Part shown: piece after piece, positions 39,660 through 51,329 of the stretch
How positions within the stretch are numbered: position 1 is the stretch's first letter
How the letters are laid out: every line of letters starts with the position of its first letter
NCBI RefSeq assembly: GCF_964194155.1
Contig: NC_135879.1
Span: 31,124,001-31,188,000 of the forward strand
Source: Cetorhinus maximus
Taxonomy: Eukaryota
Length of the DNA stretch: 64,000 nt
Reading direction: 5' to 3'
Position numbers and translations under genes: made by a program
Notes under the pieces: generated by a model
The model's database searches: none
What the model was told of the DNA's origin: nothing
What the model saw: the letters and a program-made list of their open reading frames with translations, nothing else

Positions 39660-41750
39660 TAACAGCTCATATTTATACATCACCTTTAACATAATGAAAC
39701 ATCCCAAGGCACTTCATAGGAGCTATGTACAATAATTTATGATATCTAAGGAAATATTAGGTCAGATGATCCTCGGCTCAGTCAAAGAGGTAGGTTTTAA
39801 AAATCTTAAAGAAGGCAAGGGAGGTAGAGAAGTGTAAGGGGGAAAACTCCATGGTGGAGCAATTATAATTGGGATTGCGAAAGAGGTCAGAATTAGAGAG
39901 TGCAGATATTTCATGAGGGTTGCGGACTGGAAGAGATTACAGACATAGGGAGGAGCAAAGCCATGGAGGGGTTTGAAAACAAGGATGAGACTTAAAATAA
40001 AAAATGTTGGCTCCCAGGCAAGCAACATACGTCAGTGGGCACAGAGGTGATAGGGAAAAATGGACTTGCTGCGAGTTAAGACATGGGCAGCAGAGGTTTG
40101 AATGACCTCAAGTTTACAGAGGGTAGAATGCAGAAGACCAGTCAGGAGTGCATTGCAATAGTCGTGCAACAGTTGTAGGTAACAAAGGCATGGATGAGGG
40201 TTTTCAGCAGCAAACGAGCAAACGAGGGATGAAGTTGAGTGATGTTACGGAGGTGGAAAAAAGCAGTCTTAGAGATGGCACGAATGAGGTCAAAAGCTCC
40301 TCTCAGGATCAAATGTAACACCAAGGTTGCGAACAGACTGGCTTAATCTTAGACTGATGTAAGGGAGTGGGATGGAGTCAGTAGTTAAGGAATGTAGTTT
40401 GGGGCAGGGACCAGAAACAGTGGCTCCAGTCTTCTGAATATTTAACTGCAGTCTGAATTTAGCAACAGTAGATGAAGCAAGAGAGTTGGTGTGAGGTAGA
40501 GCTAGGTGCCATCAGTGTACATGTGAAAACTAATTTTGTGCCTTCAGACAATGTCACCAAGGGACAGCAAGCAGGTAAGAAATGCGCAGGGGCCAAGGAT
40601 TGATCCTTGGTGGATACCAGAAGCAATGTTGTGGGATAGCAAGTGATTCTTTGGCTACAATTAATTAGATAAGAATGGAAACACATCAGGCAGTCCCACC
40701 CAGCTGGACGACGGTGGAGGGGCATTGAAGCAGGATTGTACGGTCAACCGTGCCAAAGGCTGGAGACAATTAGAGAAGGATGAGGAGGGAAAGTTTACCT
40801 TAGTCACACAGGATGTCATTTGTGACTTTTATAAGAGCCATTTCAATACTGCGGCCAGGGCAGACACTTAATTGGACGGAGTCACATATAGAGTTCAGGG
40901 AAAGATGGGAATGGATTTGTGAGGCGACAACATAATCAAGGAATTTGGAAAGGCAAGGGAGGTTGGAGATGGGGTGGTAGTGTGCAAGGACAGAGGGGTC
41001 AAGGTGTGTTTTTTTGAGGAGGGGGGTTTTGACAGCAGATTTAAATGATGGATAACAACGGAAGAGAGAACTATTTATAATTTCAACTAACATGGGCGCC
41101 AGGAGGGGAACTTTAGTGGGATTAGAATAGAGGGAACAGGAGCTGGGTCTCATGGACAAGGTGAGCTCAAAAAGAGGATAGGAGGGAAACTGGAGAAAGA
41201 TGCAAGTTTAGGGATAACTCAAGGAGGAGCATTAAATGAAGTGTGGCCAGACAGGCTAGTGGAAGGGATGGACAGGGCAGAGGCAACTAATCTAATTTTC
41301 TCAGAGTGACAAAGAAATCCATGAGGTCCTTGCACTTGTTAGAGGCGAAGGTGGATGGAATAGGGAAGAGGGGTTTAAGACGACAGCGTGCAGACATAAA
41401 AAGAAGCCGGGGTTATCTTTGCATTCCAGGATAATCCTGAAATAGTGAGCAGTTTTAGCCAAGAGTAGGACCCAATAGTGTTTTAAGGTCTGGCAGTGGT
41501 AGCTAAACTAGTTATGTGCCCCATAACCTTTCAAGTCTGTGTCCCTTGCACTTAAGTGGAGGTGAGGGCCACGACAGGGGGAATGGCCAGGGTGAGCTCG
41601 TGTAATGATTTTATTGGGACTAGATCAAAGACGTTGGTGAAGATGCAGTTGAGTAAATCAGTAGCTGCAGAAATGTTGTCACAAATGAAGGGCCAAAGGT
41701 TAGATAGATGGAATCTGAAAGTGCATTAAGTGAATTTGGGGATAGCTTTA
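39660..41750 (-). mobile_element. L2 LINE, ~2 kb remnant
   Basis: LVEIINSSL..PLLKKTHLDPSVLAHYHPISNLP.LSK.L; ALIKVTNDILCD; KTAFFHLRNI. Confidence 0.88.
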
Positions 41751-42294
41751 TCCAGGGCCTGATTCCTTCCTCACTTATTCACTTCAATTGTGCCACTGGT
41801 TTGTGATCAGCAATAGGAAAGCTGCTCACAGCCTAAAGATGCGTAGATTGAGATAAGTTCCAACTAAGTTGGGAATTAAATCAATGTGGGACCTTCCTGG
41901 TCTGTGTGGTCTTTACCTTATGTTTTAAACAACTAAGCCACTGGAGAATTGAACACAAAAACTTTTAACCAAAGCTACCCCACTAGATGACACGACCACT
42001 GATTTCAAATATTTACTAGGCTTGTGCACTTGCCAATTGACATGCCCAAGTAATGCTAAGAAGAAATCTCAAGAAGTAATACAATCTGGATAACATGCTG
42101 ATCATAAAATAGCATTTTTGAATAGATGCATTTTCAAAGCTGAAAGGCCACATGTGCTAGTTAACATAGTATTAATTTCAAACAGGAAATGGCTGATTTA
42201 CATCAAAATATAGATACAAAAGGGAAAATCCTGACACTTGCAGCCAACCAGTGATCATAAAGTCTACTGGCTGCAACCCTGAAGTAGAACACAC

Positions 42295-42690
42295 AAACAT
42301 ACGAATGAGGAGTAGGCTACTTGGGTCCATGAGCCTGCTCCGCCATGCAGTAATAACATGGCTGATCTGACTGTAACTTCCACATTCCTGCCTTTAACCC
42401 CTTGGTTAATCAAGAATCTATCTAGCTCAGCCTTCAGTCTTCAAAGGCTTTGCTGTCACTGCCTTTTGAGGTAGAGTTCCAAAGGCTCACAGCCCTCAGA
42501 AACAATTTCTCCTAAATCGGTCTTAAATGAGCAACCCCCTATTTTTAAACCATGAACCCTATGAACCCATGATTCTCCCACAGGATGAAACATCCTCTCC
42601 ACATCCACTCTGTCAAGACCCCTCAGGATCTTAAAGGTCTCAATCAAGTTGCCTCTTAGTTGTCGAGACTCCAGGCAATACAAGCTGCTT
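42295..42690 (-). mobile_element. CR1 3' fragment
   Basis: LRGNLIETFKILRGLDRVDVERMF. Confidence 0.85.
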
Positions 42691-44496
42691 TTGCAGTTCA
42701 GATGGTCCAAAGCCAAGGATTTAGAAACAGATTTTAAAAAAGGTAAACATGCCCAAAACAAGGTTAGAAGAACAAAGATTTCATGCCCAAAAGGATTGGG
42801 CTTCTTGCAATGCCTATCAAATTATCTACACTTGCGAAGACTTAGATAAATAATAATGGTCCTTTGGGCAATGAGTCAGGAACCATGTAACAATAACAGC
42901 AAATGCCTTCTGAACAGGACAGGGAAGGATAATAGTTTGTTGAGAATAGGGATACCAGAAATATGGCTGTCAATGCCTCCAATGCTAAACCTAACTTGCT
43001 TTGTAATGTTACCAGGGGAGTATATAGTAATGCACTGCAAGTATATTATATAAAGTGAAAAAAATGATGCAATCACCACCAGAATTCCTCAGCAATCAAT
43101 GTTAACAGTAAATTAAATTCAACTACATGACATCGAACATTTTCAGTAACTTCTCACCATTTATTCAACGTGATAAGAATTTGTTAAACAAGATATTCAA
43201 ACACTAAAAACGAACGGTGTCGAAGGATGCAAGTCATATTCTTCAACAAAGTTACTGCTATTTGCTACAGACATATCTGCCGGTAACAGCTGGAAAGAAG
43301 CAAGTCAGGTTTTAAAAGTTAAGCATATGCCTACGACCATGTAAAATATCAGTTTCGGTTATCGGGCACAGCCGGTTCAATATTCCGTTCCAACACTGTT
43401 CACTCACCTCCCTCCAACACTATTAAAACCTGATTTCCTCCCATGAAACACGGCCTGCCTATAGTGGAACTACACGTGCTAGACTGAAATTTGATCAGAA
43501 ATGGGGGATGGGCATCATTCAGAATGCGCTGTAATCATGAATGCGCTTTCATCAGCAGATTCGACTACTTTCAGCTTCCCTACGAAAGTGAAACGATTTA
43601 ACTTTGGGGGGAGACAGAGAAATCTAACAAATCCACAATTTTCAAAACCATATATTCTATTGGAATATCAAGTTAATAGAAAAACCACCACGTTTCTTTC
43701 CAGTAGGATTATGGGTAAAGCCGCTTTGATCTTTATTGTCTGGGTTAATGCAACTTGCTGATACCAACCCAGTACTAGTAAACTCAACAAAACCGTTTAC
43801 TTTCGAGTGTAAATCATTACAAAGTTGCTCACGGTAGCGAAGAATGAATTGCATTGTGATAAGGATCATGTACATAAATTCTGTCAAACTAAAAATAAAT
43901 TTGATTAAATCCCCAGGAATCGATTTCAAGTTTCCCGACTGACCTCCTTCCTTGACAGCAACAATATAGAAAACCTCGACAAGGCTGCAGTAAACAGCAG
44001 TTCTTTCATTTAAAAATTATGGATAGATTTCACTCCAGACTTCTAGTGTAAACAGACCACACCTCTTACAGATTTGCTTAACCTGATGCCCATTTATGTA
44101 AATAAAATGGGTGAATGACACATACCAATATGGCAACACAGCATGAAAACATGGACTGTATACAGATTAAAAGAACGAGTACTCTTAGGCACGTGGGCTA
44201 TAAACTAATCCAATCAGATATTTCACCAAACCGAAAGACTGTCCACACAATTTTAAAACAGCAAGTCAGATTAAGAAACGGTTAAAAGCTCGTTTTAAAA
44301 TGGATGCATGCCACCATTTTTTAAAAACGCTATTTTTCCCCCCAAACTATTTACTAAATCACAACTTGGTCAGGTATAAATAGCAAACCACAGGCGATTA
44401 GAAAAATAAAGGTTGTCGCCACTCGACTGTCACCTTGTAGCTTTCCTTCAAAAGACCCCCTCAGTCAGATTTTAAATAAAGATCCCGTGCACAAAC

Positions 44497-44911
44497 CTGT
44501 CTCCTGGCTGCTGACATTCATGCTGTTGGCAGTGACCATGTTTTTCTTCTTGGTCCAGGGGTTGATTTTAGGAGGGGGCGCCTCCGTGAATTTTTTCTGC
44601 GACTTCTCCGTCGGCTCCCTCTGGGTTTGGTCGTTTTCCTTATTCTCGGCGTCGGTCGCCACCTCCAGCGCGCCGCTTCGCTGTTCGGACTGGTCTCGGC
44701 CTCCGGGCTGGGGCTCCAGCCTCGCCGATAGGCCGCTGCCCGCCTCCTCGTCCATCCCCGCAGCCGACGACAACGTGGAGCGGTCGCGGGTCACCGGCTC
44801 ATCTTGAGGGCTGCCTCCGCTGCTGCTGCTGTTGCTGCTACCCGACGGCTGAAGAGATGTGTCGTGATCCGTGGGCTGAAGCATGGGGGACTGAACCTCC
44901 GTGGCCATCAT
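44497..44911 (-). CDS. LARP1B: La-related protein 1B, first coding exon (MMATEVQSPMLQ...KKFTEAPPPKINPWTKKKN...SQET)
   Basis: ATGs at 44911 and 44908; CAG|gtttgt donor at 44495-44496; 415 nt, phase 1; LARP1-family MAT.V start and EAPPPK(V/I)NPWTK motif; probable acceptor (tttgatttgacag) at 45004-45005 gives a short 5' UTR part; paralog assigned by ABHD18 synteny. Confidence 0.88.
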
Positions 44912-46830
44912 GCGCTGCACGGCTGGGCCGCTCTCCAAATTCACCGCTCCTCCCTTGCTCTCTCTCTCTCTCTAATAATTGGCTTTTAAATATTCACGAT
45001 TTACTGTCAAATCAAAATACAAGATGGGCAATTAAAAAGTGTTCCCTCACTTCATTAAAATCCCTACGGTCACTGGGATCAAAAGCATAAAGGCAGCGAG
45101 TGGCTCTCTTCTCCCACCTCTCCCCCCCACCCCCATTCCCGAAAAAGGGCAAAGTTTAGGCGATTTAAAAATGGAGGGGGAGAAAGCGAAAGGAGCAGCT
45201 AATAAAAAACGAATAAAACAGTGTCAGTTGGGTGTGCAAATCAAACAGCTGCTCTAATGTTACTTGAAACGGGGGGGGAGGTTTACAAAATGTATTTTAA
45301 GGTAACAAATATACGCGTTCTTTCAGTCTAGACGCTATAATGACCACGCGTCCTGTTGCTCACCTCCCCTTGAGGGAGGAGGGGGGAAGAGGGGGTGTGG
45401 ATGTGAGCGCTTGATCAGCTGCTTAAAGCGCTCTCGCCGGCTCTCGGCCACCACGTGTGAGCGCTTCACACTGACGTGTCCAGACTTCGGGATCTCTTCA
45501 CCGGCCTAGGGCCGCCTCCTCCTCCCGGGCTTCGGGAAGCTCTCTCCCTCCCTCCCTCCTTCCTTCCTTCCTCTAGCCTCAGGAGCCCTCCGCCAGCCCG
45601 GGCCCCTATCCCTCCTCGGGGATTTCTCCGCCGCCTCCTCCTCCCGGGCTTCGGGAACTTCTCCGCCGGCCTAGGGCCCTCTTTCTCCCCCCCACCCCCC
45701 CACTCCTGGGCCGCGGGAGCTCGCCGCCAGCCCGGGCCCCCTCTCCCTCGGCCCGGGCTTCGGGAGCTCTTCCCGGGGCCGCCTCCCTTCACACCATTGT
45801 TACGACATCCAGCTGTTACTGTGGAAACAGGCCTTGTTTACTGTCTGTACCCCCCTCCTCCTTCCCCTGAGTCCGGTGAAATGTTTAAATTTTTATCTTA
45901 GACCAAAAAGCACGTGAGAGAAATTTGAACCCGAGGATTCTATAACGATCAAGACGGGGAACGAGGCCGCCAAGGGTCAATTCAATGCCACACACCAGCC
46001 CAACAATATGAAGGGCAATGTCCTAATTCTCCCCTTACCTTGGATCAGCATCTAAAAATACACCCTCTCCCTCTCTCTCTCTCTCTCAAATCGCTTTGGA
46101 AAAAAAAAATCCCCAAGAGGGAAAACGTGTTTTCTCTTTTAGCTTCAATGTCTCAGCGGGATTTCTTCAGGCCCCGGGGGGTGTGGAAAAAAGAAAACGA
46201 AGGAGCGTCCTGCGGGAGGAAATTCCAGCTCGCGAACTGAAAGCAGAAACCGGGAGGAGTCGAGCCAGCACCAGCACAATATGGTGGACTAGAGAGAGAA
46301 AAAAAAGGACGAGTCGCTCCCCCTTCGGAACTCGAGCACTGCAACAAACGTGGTTCCACGCCAGCCTCCTCTACCCACCCCCCCCTCCTCTTTTTCCTTT
46401 CCACTCCCCCCCCCCCCCCCCCCCCGGGAGACCGCCCAGCAGGAGCAGCCTTTCTTCTTTAATCCAAGGAGCGCTCCGAATCTTCTCCTTCCTTTCCCTC
46501 CACTTACTGCTGCACCCGCCGGCCATCCGCTGCCATTTGCGTAAGTTCACACATGCTTTCCCCGCACCATTGTCGATCGACAGCTCGGTTATGGCGCTGC
46601 GCCTGCGCACTGTTGGCTTCGTCTGTGTTTTTTTGGCTCCTCTACCGTCCCCGGGAGATGGGGTGCGTGGGTGGGTGGAGGGGCGGGATTACGCATGTAC
46701 GTCTCGCTTCCCCCCACCCCCCACGGCGCGTCGCCTTCCTTTTCAAAACACGCTGCCGGAAGTGCGTGTCCATGTTGCAGCATGATCGGTTTCAGAGCAG
46801 GGTGCATGCGCAGTTCACTGAACAGCGTCT
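44560..46830 (-). promoter_or_regulatory. CpG island / LARP1B promoter and probable non-coding first exon
   Basis: CpG-rich and free of interspersed repeats in a CpG-depleted window; NRF1-type GCGCCTGCGCA (46598-46608) and TGCATGCGCA (~46803-46812), ETS CCGGAAGT (46756-46763), GC box GGGCGG (46681), YY1-like AAATGGC (minus, ~46533-46539); minus donors AAG|GTAAGG (46037-46038) and GCA|GTAAGT (46506-46507). Confidence 0.8.
45484..45790. repeat. GC-rich mosaic repeat in the CpG island
   Basis: cttcggga x4, ccggcctagggcc x2, gccgcctcctcctcccgggcttcgggaa x2, cgccagcccgggcccc x2. Confidence 0.75.
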
Positions 46831-47024
46831 TCCCAAATTCACATTTCTTACCTTCCTCATCAATAGGAAATTATCACATCTCATCCCCAGTCCTTTCAGA
46901 AGAGCCAAACTGCCAGCAAAGACAACTTACTGGGTGAGTTGCACTCAACGCTGTGGGACTGGAGCAGCCCAGAGCGGCTGGAAGTGTATGAGATTTCACT
47001 TCTAACGGACAGCATGCCACAATT

Positions 47025-47790
47025 CATGAGGAAAGGCATCATCACCCTCATCTACAAGCAGAAAGGGGGAAAGGAAGGAAATTAGCAACCACCTTGGAAA
47101 GAATTTTGACCAGGTCAAGTGACCCTGCACTGTAGCCAGCCGCAAGATCTCAGAGAGCCTCATCCTACTCAGGGATATGATTGCCTATGTGCAGGATAGG
47201 GGGGGGGGGGGGTAGATACCTGCCTCATCAACCTGGAACTGGAGAAGGCCTTTAGCAGAATATTACACACACACACATGATGACTGTGCCCTCCAATATG
47301 GGGTTGAGGGAGGTAATTTTTTTTTGGGGGATGCAACTGCTCTACACAGCATCAATAGCAGAGTTTCAATCAATGGGTGGGAATCGGAAATCTTTCCAAT
47401 CAAATCTGGAGTCAGGCAGGGTTGTCCTCGCTCCCAAGTCCTGTTCGTGTGTTGTATCGAACGTTTCGCTGAGTCCATCAGGAGGGATGCAGACATAAGA
47501 CGGAGATGTGCAGGTTAAAGCCCCCCCCCCGTACATAGACAATCGCCATCTTCTGCTCGGATCCACTGTTGGTACGCAGACTGATAAGCATCTGAGACCA
47601 AGTCGAACTGGCCTCGGGAGCCAAGGTAAATCTTGGCAAGAACAAGGCCAGGTTCTTTGGTTCGTGAGCCAACCAATCTTTTCACCATCAGGTCAGACTA
47701 CCTGATATGCTGGAGATATGGTTTGGTGGGGTTTGAGCATGTGCTAAAAACTGGATGGAGTGCATAGCTCTAGTGAAACAAAAGCTGAAC
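47025..47790 (+). mobile_element. Tx1/L1-clade LINE RT remnant
   Basis: MRKGIITLIYKQKG, INL..EKAF.RI, INGWESEIFPIKSGVRQGCP.S.VLFVCCIE. Confidence 0.8.
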
Positions 47791-47819
47791 ATGAGTGGCC
47801 TGTTGGTCTTGTGCCGATA

Positions 47820-48370
47820 GCAAGCTCACCATAGAGTATGTCTTTGGGAATTCAGCCATCATCCATGCAGGCTAGCATATTTCCATATTTGGAACTCTGT
47901 CCTGCCAGGAGATGCCCAATATCTGTCCTAGGTCAGAGGTGGAAGCTGGTCAGCCACTTTTCCTGGCTTGCATAAGTTGTCAATGCTTCATTACTGTAAA
48001 GATGGGTACTGAGAACACAAGCACAGTACATAAGGAGCTTTGATTTCTGTTAGTTTGCTGTTGGTCCACACTTGTCTTCCCAAATTTGACTTAACAGCTG
48101 TGACCTTGGCAATCCTGGTGCTAATTTTGGCGTCAAGGGACAGGTTGCTTGTGATTGTTGAACCAAAGTATGTGAAGCTGTTGATGACCTCCGCAGTGAG
48201 GCTTGTCAATGTTGATGGAAGGTGAAGTCGCTAAGTCCTGGCTCACAATCTTGTTCTTCCTGACACTGATTGTCAGCCTAATTTCCTTGCAGGCCCAAGA
48301 GCACTGATCTACAAGCTGCTTCAGGTGAACTTCAGTATGAGATGTCAGTGGTGTCATCAGCAAATAACAT
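47820..48370 (-). mobile_element. RTE-clade LINE fragment
   Basis: HTEVHLKQLVD..S.ACKE..LTISVRK; EVINSFTYFGSTITSNLSLDA.ISTRIAK. Confidence 0.8.
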
Positions 48371-48374
48371 TACT

Positions 48375-49080
48375 CCTATGAGGCATCATGGGACATTTTA
48401 CTACAGTAAAGGCACTATAAAAATGCAAGTTATTGTTGTTTTACACAAGTTCTCTCTAATTGCCCTTGTCCAGAAGCAGATGCTTTTTGCCTTCAGCTTA
48501 GGTGTTTTATTACATTTTTTTTGTGTTTTATAAAAGTATATCTTTGCCTAACTTCACACCTGCCTCAGCTCATCTGCTGTAGAAACCCCCATTCACGCCT
48601 TTGTTCCTTTTGACTTGACTATTCCAACGCTCTCCTGGCTGGCCTCATATTCTTTCCACCATACATTTGCCCACATCCTTACACCAAGTTCTGTTCACCT
48701 ACGTTGATTGACTTACATTGGCTCTCAGTCATGCAACACATCAATTTTAAAAATGCTCAATCTTGTTTTCAAGTTCCTCTATGGCATTGCCCTCCCCATC
48801 TTCTCCAGCCCTCTAAGATAATGAAACTCACCTACTTCTGGCCTCTTGAACTTTCTCAAATTGGTCCGCCATTGATGGCTGTGCTTTCAGCTGCCTAGGT
48901 GCCAAGTTCTGGAATTCCTTCCCTAAACCCCTCTGTCTCTCTTCCTTTATCTTTGACCTAGCTTTTGGTCATTTGCCTTAATGTTGCTTTATGTGACTAG
49001 GTGTCTAATTTTGCTTTTTAAGGCTCCTGCAAAATGCCTTTGGACATTTTATTACATTCAAGGTAGTATATTAAGTTGTT
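48375..49080 (+). mobile_element. L2 3' fragments
   Basis: L2 tail at 48375-48440; cttgactattccaacgctctcctggctggcct through tail at ~49080. Confidence 0.75.
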
Positions 49081-49626
49081 GAGAACTGCTCTGTATTTTC
49101 TGTTTCTTTAAATGCATTTTTATGACATCAGTGTACCCGCACTAAAACTTGCTTCTTCAGTTGCAGATTTTTAAATATGCTGTACCTGAATGGTGGTTAA
49201 ATTAATTGACATTTCATTTTCATACCTAAGGATTATATGTAAATAATGGATTATGTGCTGTCCTTGGGGCCCCGATTTTTCACATTAATTTTACATTGGA
49301 GCACATTCTAATGAAATTGGCAAGAAATTTGAGCGTACTTTTACATTGGGATTTTTGGGTCTAACTTCCAGGTTATGTCCACAGAGGAAATTCCAAGTCT
49401 ACTCCCAGGCCTTGGTCATTACCTTTTACCCATAGTTATCTATTTACTTTTTAAAATTACAAATTTTGATTTCACCATTCTTGTGATGGCACAATATATG
49501 CCATAATAATCAAGTGCAAAAAATTGTTCCAATTTCCCCTTTCATTCTTTCGATGATCTTAAGTTCCCTAGTTATCAACCACTGGAAATGGACTTTCCTT
49601 TTCAGAATACCCAAATGCTATAATCT

Positions 49627-51320
49627 TGGTAGAGACCAGCAATATTTTCAATTTTGTTTTAGCAAACACTTGGGTTTTGGATTCTAAAAGAATGAATCCA
49701 CAGGCTCATAGTTTAAACAAAAAATTATTACACAAAAATCAAAGAACATGAATAATAACTACACTATCTTAAATAGTCAGTTACACTAAATGTACAATGA
49801 ACACAGTTAACTATACTCCAAACCAAACTTATAAATTTAACTTTCCTTCTACGCCCATTTGACTTACACCCCCAATAACGCAAGTCAGTTACTTAAGAAA
49901 TTGGAAGATAACCCACGATCTAAGTACTGTTTCAAAGATTCATATAAGGGCTGAGATTGTCCCTTCAAATCTCCTCCATCTCAGTAGACTCTCAATTCAA
50001 CACAGGTGGCACTAGCGTCTTAAGCATAGTCGCCTCAGGTCAGAACTCCCCTGGTTCTACTTTTTAAAATCCGCAGTCTTGCATCTTAAACTCGCTCTCC
50101 CTCTTCTCAGCTTGGCTATCTCTAGAAGTTCAATTCAGTGTTAGTTCCTTCAGTTATTAATGTTTCTACATCCTTTTAACCAGCACACAGAATTTCAACT
50201 GAACTCTGCTTGAAAGAGATGATTTTTTTCCCCTGTAGAAAGCTTGTTCTAAATGAAAAATTAAAATCATGCTCGAGACAATCTGCTCCCCCCCCCCCTA
50301 TAATTAACCTCCTATTTTTCTATCATTTAGGTCACAGGCAACTTGGTCACCTGATCAATTGCTGGAAGCAAGGTGATTTACCAGAAATCATCTCCTACAG
50401 AAATTGAGTTCTTAAAAAGACCTTCATCGCAACATAAGACATAGGTATTTCCCCCAAAGCACATGGACCATCAAATGTGACACAATACAATGCAAACAAT
50501 CAATCACTTGCATTACTGTAACACTGTTCATGGGTTATAAGGTTTCTTCAAACATTTTTCTTGAGTAAAAGAAACAGTGAGAGTTGTGGTGGTAACCTGA
50601 GAGAACAAAGCTTGCTATGATCCCCATAGAGACCAATAACTTTTAAAGAGAGATTGCTTCCCAAATGACCAATGGAAATAACTAAAGAACAAGACTTAAC
50701 ATTAAGATTTTTATTGTAACAAACAAACTAATTCAACATAAATCAAACACTACTTAACAGGCAACTAATACATTGAAAAGATACTCTAACATTAACCAAC
50801 ACAATTAAGATGTCATCCAGCTTCTTTTGCTGTGCGCCACACTTCTGGCAAATCTGTAGCATTACAAGGACAAGTCCAATGTTACTCTTGGCTGTCCAGC
50901 AGGCTTGCTTCTCCCTGCTACACTAGGTCAAAACTTCCAGCGTCCTTCATAAGTCGCTCCACTCAACCTTAATCTTCCAGATCCAAGGCCCACCTCGCAA
51001 CTCATTATTCCTTAAATTTCCAAAAGTCCAGTTGTTTCAGTTCACTTCCTTTCAATCAGAAAATGAACTCTTACAAGCATCCTGCTTCTCCACAGCAGTA
51101 GTTGCTTTCTCCCTCTCCCTGTGTCTCACAAAGCAACTGTCCCTTTACTGAGAGTTACTGTCTACAGGAAAACTGTCACTTGATTTCAATACATTTGAAT
51201 TTCACCTCCATGGCAACCAGACCACATTGGCATGTTTCTTCTGGAGTGCTTCCAGAATCCCCACTTTTACCTTAATTTAAATGAGACATTTTAAAACATA
51301 ACTGTCTTGTAAAGTCCAGC
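49627..51320 (-). mobile_element. Probable two adjacent solo-LTR-like sequences
   Basis: First unit ends gtaaca at 50523; AATAAA on minus (tttatt ~50710); composition resembles the LTR at 54329; no TSD confirmed. Confidence 0.3.
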
Positions 51321-51329
51321 ACTCCTAAG

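Noticed and set aside
43583-43594. IRF/ISRE-like GAAAGTGAAAC
   Set aside because: Single short motif, could occur by chance, no supporting context
45466-45901. Pro/Gly-rich ORFs on both strands
   Set aside because: Translation of the GC-rich mosaic repeat; stop-poor by composition
46096-47005. Plus-strand ORFs of 229 aa and 150 aa
   Set aside because: Non-ATG or low-complexity ORFs expected in a GC-rich CpG island; no recognisable domain
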